Part shown: piece by piece, positions 27,388 to 35,615 of the stretch
Layout: each line of letters opens with the position of its first letter
Numbering within the stretch: position 1 is the first letter of the stretch
Assembly: GCA_038213805.1 (NCBI GenBank)
Contig: JBBQSO010000005.1
Span: 46,237 to 110,236 of the forward strand
Reading direction: 5' to 3'
Source of the DNA: Planctomycetota bacterium
GTDB taxonomy: Bacteria; Planctomycetota; UBA11346
Length of the DNA: 64,000 nucleotides
Notes under the pieces: model-generated
What the model was told of the DNA's origin: nothing
Database searches by the model: none
The model's input: the letters and a program-made list of their open reading frames with translations, nothing else
Program-made: the position numbers and the translations under genes

Positions 27388-28800
27388 ATGCGCGCCGTGC
27401 TGCCGATGATCCTGATCTGCATCTCACTCTCTACGCTTGCCGGCGCCGCCGCGTCATCGCCAGCGGGCCGCGACCCGGCCGAGAGCGGGCCGGTGTGGCT
27501 CAAGGACGAGGCCGGCAAGGACGTCATCCAGTACCAGGTGCGTTCCCCGGCCAAGCCGCAGCCCGGACGACTCGGACTCATCATCTGCTTCCATGGCCGC
27601 ACTGGCGACAGTGGCAGCCTGCTCGGCAATACCGTCGCCGCACTCGACAAGGCCATGGTGCGCGACGGCTATGTCGTCATCGGCCTGAAATCCAAGGACA
27701 TCGGCTGGGAAGAGGCCGACGATGGCCCGGTCACCACCTTCATCGCCTGGGCAGTTAAGCATTACTCCAGCGACCCGCGCCGCCTCTATGGCATCGGTTA
27801 CTCGTCGGGCTCCTTCTACCTCAACCGCTTCGCACCCAACCACTCGGAGCTGTTCGCCGGCGCCATCACCTGGGTCGGCGGGCAGCACGGAGTGCGGCCT
27901 GATCCCCATCCCGAGACCGCCGCCGACCTGTACTGGATCACCGGCAAACTCGACACCACGGTGCCCGCCGACCGCTGCCGCCCCAACATGCTCGACTTCG
28001 TCAAGCGCGGCTATCACTGCCTGTACCGCGAGATGCGCGACTACGGCCACGACACCGCCCGCGAACCCTGCCAGGAAGACGCCTTCCGCTTCCTGCGCGC
28101 GCTGCGCAACCGTCGCCTGCCGCTGGGTGCCGAGGACCAGGCCTTCATCGATCAGTTCGCCGACGCTGACAAGGCCAAGCGCGTGCTCTCGTCCGCGCCC
28201 GCGTGGATGCGCGTGGTGCAGATCGGCGGGCCGCAGGCAGCGCCGGCGGTGCTCGCTGGGCTGGCGAGCGACAAGGATGGCCCGCGCGGCAACGCCGCGA
28301 CCGCCTGCACCACTACCATGTTCGACGGACGCGTGGTCGCAGCGCTGGTGCCACTGCTGGACGCGAAGTCCCCAGCAGTGCGCGAGCTCGCGGTGAACGC
28401 CCTCACCGCGCAGGCTGAATGGGACCAGCCGGGCGCGCAGGCTGCGCTGTGCGATTTCCTTGCCGAACCCAAGCGCCCGGCTGCCGAGCGGCGCGCGGTC
28501 GCGGCGGGTCTCGGCAAGGTCGTGCGCATCGACCTGCAAGGCTCGTACCGTTTCGCCCAGGCGATCTGGACGCTGGTCGAAGCGCTCGACGACGAGGACG
28601 GCGGTGTGCGCGCGCTGGCTCTGGCCGGACTGGATCCTGCAAAGGCCGACGCCATGGCCTTCGGCTACAGGGCAGAGGCGACCAAGGCCGGGCGGACGGC
28701 GGCGGTGGAGCGATGGCGCACGTGGTGCCAAGGCGTGTGTGGGCCACGGCCGCTGGCGGTGGTGGCGCCGGTGCCCCCGGTTCCGGCTCCAGCACCCTGA
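27388..28800 (+). CDS. Secreted alpha/beta-hydrolase with C-terminal HEAT repeats
   Basis: Signal peptide, ICFHG, GYSSG nucleophile elbow, G.LDTTV, GH, then HEAT-like repeats (LVPLLDAKSPAVRELA, LVEALDDEDGGVRALA). Confidence 0.7.
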   Translation: MRAVLPMILICISLSTLAGAAASSPAGRDPAESGPVWLKDEAGKDVIQYQVRSPAKPQPGRLGLIICFHGRTGDSGSLLGNTVAALDKAMVRDGYVVIGLKSKDIGWEEADDGPVTTFIAWAVKHYSSDPRRLYGIGYSSGSFYLNRFAPNHSELFAGAITWVGGQHGVRPDPHPETAADLYWITGKLDTTVPADRCRPNMLDFVKRGYHCLYREMRDYGHDTAREPCQEDAFRFLRALRNRRLPLGAEDQAFIDQFADADKAKRVLSSAPAWMRVVQIGGPQAAPAVLAGLASDKDGPRGNAATACTTTMFDGRVVAALVPLLDAKSPAVRELAVNALTAQAEWDQPGAQAALCDFLAEPKRPAAERRAVAAGLGKVVRIDLQGSYRFAQAIWTLVEALDDEDGGVRALALAGLDPAKADAMAFGYRAEATKAGRTAAVERWRTWCQGVCGPRPLAVVAPVPPVPAPAP

Positions 28801-28802
28801 GT

Positions 28803-29039
28803 CTGGCATGTCGCCCCACGGTGGTGACGTGCCGGGTGCCGATCCGCTGAACGAACCGTTCAACCGTCAGGAGACTTCCTGCGACCGCGCGCCGCTGGCG
28901 CGCATGCCTTAGAGGGCGCGCCAGCCGCGCGCGGTCACGGGAATGGGTCTCGCGAGTGGAAGTGCTTCATCGGCCTGGCGTCCCAGGTTGCGCGCCCCGG
29001 CACCTCAGCCCGCCCTGCGCTCATCCCAACCTGGACGCG
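28803..29039. other. Highly structured intergenic region (3-4 hairpins)
   Basis: Inverted repeats at ~28803-28835, ~28848-28862, ~28876-28943 and ~28979-29038. Confidence 0.55.
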
Positions 29040-29055
29040 GTTTACGCAGCGCGAA

Positions 29056-30228
29056 TCAGACCTTTGCCAACGCCTGATCGAGATCGGCGATCAGGTCGTC
29101 CGCACCCTCCAGCCCGACGCTCATACGGATGAGGTTGGGGTGGATGCCGAGCGTCACCAGCTCCGCCGGAGTCTTGTCATAGTAGCTCATCAGCGCCGGC
29201 TGCTCGATCAGCGATTCGGGCCCGCCCAGGCTCGGTGCCAGGTAGGGGATCTCGCAGGCGTCGATCATGCGGCTGCCCGCGGGTAGGTCGCCCTTGACGG
29301 TAAAGCTCACCAGGCCGCCGAAACCGCGCATCTGCTTGGCCGCGATGGCATGCGCAGGATGGCTGGCAAGCCCCGGGTACCACACGCGCTCGACCTTGGG
29401 ATGCTGTTCAAGGAAGGCGGCGATGCGCAGGCCGCTCTCGTTGTGGTGGCGCATGCGGATGGCGAAGGTCTTGAGCCCGCGGATCAACATGTACGCGGTG
29501 AACGGCGAGGCGAGCGCGCCGAACATGCCCTGGTGGTCACGGATCGCCTGGATCAGGTCGCTGCGCCCGACCACCACGCCAGCCATCAGGTCGTTGTGCC
29601 CGCCCAGGTACTTGGTCGCCGAGTGGATGACCAAATCGATGCCGTAGGATAGCGGGTTGAGATTGTAGGGCGTGGCCAGGGTCGCATCGATCAGGGTCTT
29701 GATGCGCTGCGCCTTGGCCAGCTTGGCCAGCTCCTCGAGATCGATGCAATTCAGGTAGGGATTGGTCGGGCTCTCGGTGATGATCAGCCGCGTCTTGGGC
29801 GTGATCGCCGCGGCGATGCCGGCGACCGAGGGCTCGCAGCTGGTGTGCTCCACGCCGAACTTGGCGAGGAACTCGCGCACGAAGACGCGCGTCTTGCGGT
29901 AGCTGTCGGCGGTGATGACGATGTGCAGGCCCGGCTTCACCATCGCCAGCAGCGTGGTGACGATCGCCGACATCCCGGTCGAGGTCAGCAGCGCCGCCTC
30001 ACCGCCGTCAAGGGCGGCGAGCTTGGCCTCGGCGACCTCCTGGGTGGGGTTGCCGTAGCGACCATATTCCTCGGTGCGCTGGTGCTCACCGCGGAAGTAG
30101 CGGTGCAGCTCGTCGGTGTTCTCGAACGGGTAGGCCGTCGCCATGATCAGCGGCGTGACCAGGGAATCGTGGGCCTTGTCGCGCGGCTCGCCGGCGTGGA
30201 CGGACAGGGTTTCGATCGAACGGGCCAT
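29056..30228 (-). CDS. metB: Cystathionine gamma-synthase-family PLP enzyme (plant-CGS-like)
   Basis: EYGRYGNPT, DSYRKTR, ESPTNP, HSATKYLGGHND (PLP Lys), APSLGGPESLIEQPALMSY. Confidence 0.85.
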   Translation of the reverse strand: MARSIETLSVHAGEPRDKAHDSLVTPLIMATAYPFENTDELHRYFRGEHQRTEEYGRYGNPTQEVAEAKLAALDGGEAALLTSTGMSAIVTTLLAMVKPGLHIVITADSYRKTRVFVREFLAKFGVEHTSCEPSVAGIAAAITPKTRLIITESPTNPYLNCIDLEELAKLAKAQRIKTLIDATLATPYNLNPLSYGIDLVIHSATKYLGGHNDLMAGVVVGRSDLIQAIRDHQGMFGALASPFTAYMLIRGLKTFAIRMRHHNESGLRIAAFLEQHPKVERVWYPGLASHPAHAIAAKQMRGFGGLVSFTVKGDLPAGSRMIDACEIPYLAPSLGGPESLIEQPALMSYYDKTPAELVTLGIHPNLIRMSVGLEGADDLIADLDQALAKV

Positions 30229-30290
30229 TGCTCAGGCGTCCGGCGGGGAAAGGGGGGCGGTGCGACGGGCGGAGGTGAGGACGCGGGCCA

Positions 30291-30776
30291 TCAATGGCCG
30301 CTCCGGGCGAATTCCGAGAAGGTCTGGACGAGGGCGAAATCCGCGCCGTCCCAGCGGAAGGACTTGGCCTCGACGATGCGGTCCGGCTGGCAGTCGATGA
30401 CGATCTGCAGCAGCCCAGGGTAGACCGGTACGCCATCCGGAGCGGCGTACTTGCGGTCCTCCGCGCTGAAATACGCCCCGCAGTCGATGTGGCTGTGGAA
30501 GAAGGCCAGCCAGTGCTCACCCGCGGCCTCAGCTTCGCGCACCAGCCGCCCCATCTTGGCTTCGTTGACGCTGAAGGCGTCGCGCGCGGTGCGCGGATAC
30601 TCCACCGGGTCCATGGCGTGGAGCCGGTTGGCGAGATTGTCGAGCGGTACGCAGCGCGTCGCGCGCAGGCCGGCGGCTTCCGCGATCCCGAAAAGCAGTC
30701 CACATCCCTCGTCGGGATAGCACGCACGGGCGTGGTCCTGCATCTGGGCGATCAGCGGGCTGGGGATGGCGAGCAC
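30291..30776 (-). CDS. JAB/MPN+ (Mec-like, M67) metallopeptidase
   Basis: YPDEGCGLL and JAMM motif HSH....AYFS..D. Confidence 0.9.
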   Translation of the reverse strand: MLAIPSPLIAQMQDHARACYPDEGCGLLFGIAEAAGLRATRCVPLDNLANRLHAMDPVEYPRTARDAFSVNEAKMGRLVREAEAAGEHWLAFFHSHIDCGAYFSAEDRKYAAPDGVPVYPGLLQIVIDCQPDRIVEAKSFRWDGADFALVQTFSEFARSGH

Positions 30777-30965
30777 GGCGGGGTTCCTGCGTATCTGCCT
30801 GAAGGATCAGATGGGAGCGCGGTGGCGGGTCAGTCCGGGCGGCGACGCATCCGGGGTCGGCGCAGGGTAGGGGGGTGGGGCTGGGGCGCAATGCGCGTGG
30901 GGGCCCGCTCGTTGCGCGCTGCCGCTCGCGGCCTACCCTGCCGGCCCCCACGGGAGAGGACGTTC

Positions 30966-32009
30966 ATGGCCTTGCAGGACGAGCTGGAACAGGCGCAGAT
31001 CGAGGCTTTGGCGGCCTTCGCCGCCGCCACCGACGCCACCGCGGTCGAGGCCGTGCGCGTCGCCTGGCTTGGGCGTAGCGGGCGCATCAAGGCGCTGCAG
31101 CAGGGCTTCGGCGCCGCCAGCCCGGAGGAGAAGCGCCAGCTCGGGCCGCTCTTCAACACCGTCATGGAGGCGCTCAAGGCCGCCCTGGCAGCCGCCCAGG
31201 CGCGCGGCGCCAGCGCCGAGACCGATGTCCCCATCGACCTCACCCTGCCGGAGCGCCCGCGCCCGGTCGGCAGCGTCCACCCGCTCAGCCAAGTCGCCGA
31301 GGAGGTCGAGCGCATCTTCTCCAGCATGGGCTACGCCGTAGTCGACGGCCCGCACATCGAGGCCGACGAATTCAACTTCGGCCGCCTGAACATCCCGCCC
31401 GACCATCCGGCGCGCGACAGCCAGGACACCTTCTGGCTCGATCTGCCCGGCGCCGCTGAGAAGCGTCTGCTGCGCACCCACACCAGCTCGGTGCAGAGCC
31501 GCACCTACCAGCAGGTCGGGCTCGGCAACCTCACGCCGCCCTTCCGCCGCGTGGTGGTCGGCAAGGTCTTCCGCTACGAGGCGGTCGACGCCACCCACGA
31601 CAACACCTTCACCCAGGTCGAGGGCTTCGTGGTCGACCGCGACATCACCGTCGCCCACCTCATCGGCACCATCCGCACCATGCTCACCGCGGTTTTGCGC
31701 CGCGACGACGTCGAGGTGCGCCTGCGCCCGAGCTTCTTCCCCTTCGTCGAGCCCGGCTTCGAGGTCGACGTGCGCCTGACCAGCGCCGAGCCCGGCAGCC
31801 GCTTCTCGCGCTGGGTCGAACTGCTCGGCTGCGGCATGATCCACCCGCGCGTCCTGGAAGCCGGCGGCATCGACCCGGCGCAGTGGCAGGGCTTCGCCTT
31901 CGGCTTGGGGTTGGAGCGCCTGGCGATGATCCGCCACGGCATCGCCGACATCCGCGTCTTCAATGGCGCGGACCTGCGCAGTCTGGAGCAGTTTGGCGCG
32001 TACGGCTGA
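30966..32009 (+). CDS. pheS: Phenylalanine--tRNA ligase alpha subunit
   Basis: GSVHPL, HPARDSQDTF, LLRTHTS, FTQVEG, RPSFFPFVEP, GFAFGLGLER. Confidence 0.97.
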   Translation: MALQDELEQAQIEALAAFAAATDATAVEAVRVAWLGRSGRIKALQQGFGAASPEEKRQLGPLFNTVMEALKAALAAAQARGASAETDVPIDLTLPERPRPVGSVHPLSQVAEEVERIFSSMGYAVVDGPHIEADEFNFGRLNIPPDHPARDSQDTFWLDLPGAAEKRLLRTHTSSVQSRTYQQVGLGNLTPPFRRVVVGKVFRYEAVDATHDNTFTQVEGFVVDRDITVAHLIGTIRTMLTAVLRRDDVEVRLRPSFFPFVEPGFEVDVRLTSAEPGSRFSRWVELLGCGMIHPRVLEAGGIDPAQWQGFAFGLGLERLAMIRHGIADIRVFNGADLRSLEQFGAYG

Positions 32010-32025
32010 ACGGAACGTCGAACAG

Positions 32026-32224
32026 GGATAGAACAAGAGGCGCGGAGACGCGGAGGACGGAGGAGGAGGGACAGGCTTGGTTCTGTCGGCTGTGCTGATG
32101 GTCGCGGTCAGCAGCGGGTAGCGCGTGCACAGAGGCGGGAGGAAGGAGTGAGCAGAGGCCTTCACCCAGCCCAATCGGGCCGTCCTCCTCCGCCCTCCGC
32201 GTCTCCGCGCCTCCTGTTTTATCC
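32026..32224. repeat. MITE-like element with 41 bp terminal inverted repeats (CGCGGAGA family)
   Basis: 32026-32066 versus rc of 32184-32224 match at 38/41 positions by manual alignment. Lies between convergent genes. Confidence 0.85.
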
Positions 32225-32244
32225 GGCTGTCCAGCCCCTCGGGT

Positions 32245-33141
32245 TCACCCCGCCGCGACGCAAGGCTCCGCCCGTTCCTGGCGCTGGTGGCTCCAGCTCG
32301 CGATGCCGCGGCGCCGGCGCTGCCAGGCGACTGCATCAGTGGAGATGCCGATCTCGTCGGCGATGGCGCGATCGGGCTCGAGGCCCAGGCGGGCGATGAT
32401 CGCCGGTGACCACAGGTCGTGGCGGAAGCGCGGAATACCGGCCTGCGCGCGCTGCAAACGGACGGTCTCCGGATTCACGGCCAGCTGGGTGGCCAATTCG
32501 TTGTCGGGCATGGTGCCCAGCAGCGCGCGCACCCGCGGCGAGTTCCAATCGACCTTGGTGCGGATCAGGCGCGGGATGTCCAACTCGCGGCGCTTGGTAG
32601 TCACGGTCATCGGCGCCAGCCCGTGGATGCGCGCAATCTCAAGATCTGGAACCTTGCCGAGTTGGCGCAGCATCGGCGCCGACCACTGCACGGTGTTCCA
32701 GCGCGTCGCCGCCGGGATGCGGCAGGCACGGCGCTTGTGCGCGGCCGTGCTCGCGGCCATGCCGTGCTTCTGCGCGAACTGATGGTCGGAGAGCGTGGCC
32801 AACTCGCGCAGCATCACCGCCGTCCAGGTGAGGCCGATGCTGGAGGCGCCGTACGGTGGCAGAGCGAGGCGGCGGCGGCGCCAATAGACGCAAGGGATGG
32901 GCACGTTCCACAGCCGGGCGAGCTGACCGTCACTGGCAAGGCCGAGATAGGCCTCGTGCTCGGGCGTCCAGCGCACCTGGGTGCGCCGTCCTCCGTCGAG
33001 GGTGCGCTCCAGACAGGGCAGCGCGCCGGCGCGGCGCAGGATGCGCGTCAGTCGGCGGGTGCCGGGATCCGGATCCGCGGGCTCGGCGCCCGGCGACGGG
33101 CGCACGGCAGCTGTGAACGATTCGTCGGAAGTGTGGGTCAT
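32245..33141 (-). CDS. Protein with five tandem ~45 aa HTH-like repeats (putative DNA binder)
   Basis: Repeats W-x7/8-L[GA]-x2-[PS]D-x2-[ILF]A-x9-[VA]-x3-R-x4-[IL][PA]. Confidence 0.7.
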   Translation of the reverse strand: MTHTSDESFTAAVRPSPGAEPADPDPGTRRLTRILRRAGALPCLERTLDGGRRTQVRWTPEHEAYLGLASDGQLARLWNVPIPCVYWRRRRLALPPYGASSIGLTWTAVMLRELATLSDHQFAQKHGMAASTAAHKRRACRIPAATRWNTVQWSAPMLRQLGKVPDLEIARIHGLAPMTVTTKRRELDIPRLIRTKVDWNSPRVRALLGTMPDNELATQLAVNPETVRLQRAQAGIPRFRHDLWSPAIIARLGLEPDRAIADEIGISTDAVAWQRRRRGIASWSHQRQERAEPCVAAG

Positions 33142-33491
33142 GGCGATGGCCGACAGAGCGGATCCTGAGGGGGGTGGTCACTGTGATCGTGTCGACGCGC
33201 GCCCGGAGCAGCAAGTCTGCAAGCGGTACATGGGAACCCGGATGGTGCTCAAAACGATCAGGGAGTTGTGAAAAACGGCGCCAACCTATGCGGAGATCCA
33301 ACCTGGACTCACGGAAAATACGGAGGGCTGACGATTTCACGGCCAATTCGATCACGGGCCTAAAAAGACCCGAGGCAGGAAGGCGACGTACTCCACCGTT
33401 GCGGATTCGGCGTGGAATCCGTCCCCGCGTCACAACTCCGACGGGCACCGACGGTGGGATCCGCCAACCGTACGGTGACTCGCAGGCGCGG

Positions 33492-34346
33492 TCACCCGCG
33501 TGGCAGCCCCAGCTGCACCTGCACATTGCGTGGCAGCGCAAACATCCCCGTCTGCAGTCCCGGATGCCAGCAGCGCAGGTCCTTGTGCCAGGGCTGGGCG
33601 GCGGGCGTGGTCTCGCCGGTGCCATTGCGGCAGCGCGCGACCGCCCATTGGCCGCCCGGGAAGCTGGGGATGGTCATCAGGTAGACCGCGTTGTCCGGGA
33701 AGCGCTCGCTGAGTTTGCGCACGGTGGTGCGGCACTCGTCTCCGGAGAAGGTCGGGCAGCCGAGCGGTGCGACCAGCAGGCCACCGTCCTTGAGGCGGCG
33801 GAACACCGAGTCAGCGAAGCTGAGGGTGTGGAAGACGTCACTGGCGGCGTTGGTCAGCTCGCAGGCGTCGACGATGATGACGTCGAACTGGTGCGGGCAG
33901 TCGCGCAGGTAGCGGTGCGCGTCGTCGATCACCAGCTCGACGCGCGGGTCGTTCAAACAGCTCGCCGCGGTCGGGAAGAAGCGCCCGCAGACCTCGACCA
34001 CCTGACGGTCGATCTCGACCACGGTGACCCGCTTCACGCCGGGGTAGCGCAGCACCTCGCGCGCCACGCCGCCGTCGCCGCCGCCAAGGATGAGCACGCG
34101 CTCGGCATTGCCCGCCACGCTGAGCGTGGGGTGGACCAGGCACTCCGAATAAAGCGCCTCGTCGAAATCGGTCAGCGCGATCGAACCGCCCAGCGTCAGC
34201 ACCTTGCCGAAAGCGTGGCTGTCATAGACCGCGATGCGCTGGAACGGCGAGGTACCGCTGAACAGGCACTCGCGCAGCTTGAGTTTGAGGCCGGCGCTGT
34301 CGCCGTACAGATCCTCGAGCCACAGGTTGAGGTTCTCGTTGGACAT
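33492..34346 (-). CDS. Spermidine-synthase-like paralogue with degenerate motifs
   Basis: SPFQRI, LILGGGDGG..REV, VEID, FDVIIVD present. LDG..Q, YHE and TDP.GP are altered. Confidence 0.8.
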   Translation of the reverse strand: MSNENLNLWLEDLYGDSAGLKLKLRECLFSGTSPFQRIAVYDSHAFGKVLTLGGSIALTDFDEALYSECLVHPTLSVAGNAERVLILGGGDGGVAREVLRYPGVKRVTVVEIDRQVVEVCGRFFPTAASCLNDPRVELVIDDAHRYLRDCPHQFDVIIVDACELTNAASDVFHTLSFADSVFRRLKDGGLLVAPLGCPTFSGDECRTTVRKLSERFPDNAVYLMTIPSFPGGQWAVARCRNGTGETTPAAQPWHKDLRCWHPGLQTGMFALPRNVQVQLGLPRG

Positions 34347-34356
34347 GGTCATCCTC

Positions 34357-35481
34357 TCAATCGACGACGACGATCTTGGCGCGCGGGAAGAAGTTGAAAT
34401 CGGTGGCGCTGGCCGAGGTGTAGGCGCCCATCATCGGGCTGGTCACCAGTTCGCCGCACTCGAGTTCGGGCAGCATGATATCGTTGTAGATGACATCGAT
34501 CGAATCGCAGGTCGGGCCGGCGACCACGCTCAGCTTCTCGGCGCCGGTGGCTTTGCCTTCGAGGCGGGCGAGCGGCATGAACTGGTAGTCGCAGTGGTCG
34601 TAGAGCTTGCCCGAGTAGCTGCCGTACAGTCCATCATCCAGGTAGTACCACATGCGGCCCTGCCGCTCGGCCTTGCCCATCACCGATGCGACCAGGGTCA
34701 TCGAAGGGGCCGAGATGAAGCGTCCCGGCTCGGCGATCAGGCGCACGCCGGGGAACAGGCGCTCGAGTTCGGCCGCGATCGGGTGGCAGTAATAGTGGAT
34801 CGGCATGACCTGGTCGGTGTAGGGCACCGGGTAGCCGCCGCCGATGTCCAGGGTGTCGAGACGGATGCCGTCGAGGGCCGCGAGGTTGAAGAGCTGGCGG
34901 CAGAACGAGATCGCCTCGATGTACTTGAAGTTGTTGAGCAGCTGCGAGCCGGCATGGAAGCTCAGCCCGCGCACCTTCAGGCCCATGCCGACGGCCTTGC
35001 GCAGCAGGTCGAGGCCGTCCTGGGGCTGCACGCCGAATTTCAGCGACAGGTCGCACTGCGCCTCCTTATTGCGGAAGCTCAGGCGCATGATCAGTTCGAT
35101 GCGGTCCTTGTAGGGCAGGAATTTTGGCAGCTCGTACGGGTTGTCGAAAATGAACGTGCGGCAGCCGTAGTCGAGCGCGTAGCGGATATCCTGGTCGCGC
35201 TTGATCGGATGGGTATGGATGGTGCGCGTCGGATCGACGCCGACGTCGCGGACGACGTCGACTTCGCCGCTGGTGGCGAGGTCGAACCAGCCACCCTCGT
35301 CTTTGATCGCCTGCACCACCGCGGGATGCGGCAGTGGCTTGAGTGCATAGTGCAGCTGGACGCCTGGCAGCGCCTGCTGCAGGGTGCGGTACTGGCTGCG
35401 GATGGTCTGGGTCGAGAGCAGAAGCAGCGGCGTGCCGTGTTCGGCAGCCAGGGCACGCATGCGGGCGGGATCGAGGAACAT
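34357..35481 (-). CDS. Fold-type III PLP ornithine/lysine decarboxylase
   Basis: HYALKP, KFG, SFHAGSQ, LDIGGG, AEPGRF, YLDDGLYG, GPTCDSID, MGAYT. Confidence 0.9.
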   Translation of the reverse strand: MFLDPARMRALAAEHGTPLLLLSTQTIRSQYRTLQQALPGVQLHYALKPLPHPAVVQAIKDEGGWFDLATSGEVDVVRDVGVDPTRTIHTHPIKRDQDIRYALDYGCRTFIFDNPYELPKFLPYKDRIELIMRLSFRNKEAQCDLSLKFGVQPQDGLDLLRKAVGMGLKVRGLSFHAGSQLLNNFKYIEAISFCRQLFNLAALDGIRLDTLDIGGGYPVPYTDQVMPIHYYCHPIAAELERLFPGVRLIAEPGRFISAPSMTLVASVMGKAERQGRMWYYLDDGLYGSYSGKLYDHCDYQFMPLARLEGKATGAEKLSVVAGPTCDSIDVIYNDIMLPELECGELVTSPMMGAYTSASATDFNFFPRAKIVVVD

Positions 35482-35615
35482 GGGCGCTCAGCTGCGGGCT
35501 GCGGCCTGCGCGCCGCCGCTCGTGGTGGGCGCTATCGTGCAGGCCTGGTTCACGGGCACCTCATCGCCGACCGCCGCTGGCGGCGCGTCCGGGTTCCGGG
35601 CGCGCCGCTTCGGGG

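Noticed and set aside
28851..28860. ACGAACCGTT shared with the lexA promoter (48629-48638) as an SOS box
   Set aside because: This copy lies between convergent gene ends, and the motif is absent upstream of recA. Likely chance.
30291..30776. JAB protein as part of CBASS/Bil ubiquitin-like defence
   Set aside because: No CD-NTase, E1/E2 or Ubl genes nearby. The neighbour is a sulfur amino-acid enzyme.
30294..30965. Apparent N-terminal extension of PheS (also extensions of speE to 36851, AraC to 42055, SDR from 49456, Dabb from 52458)
   Set aside because: The extensions overlap other genes or repeats and are non-protein-like. Better starts lie downstream.
30777..30965. SAM riboswitch or T-box ahead of JAB-metB / pheS
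   Set aside because: No SAM-I core or T-box consensus recognised by eye. An Rfam scan would be needed to exclude other classes.
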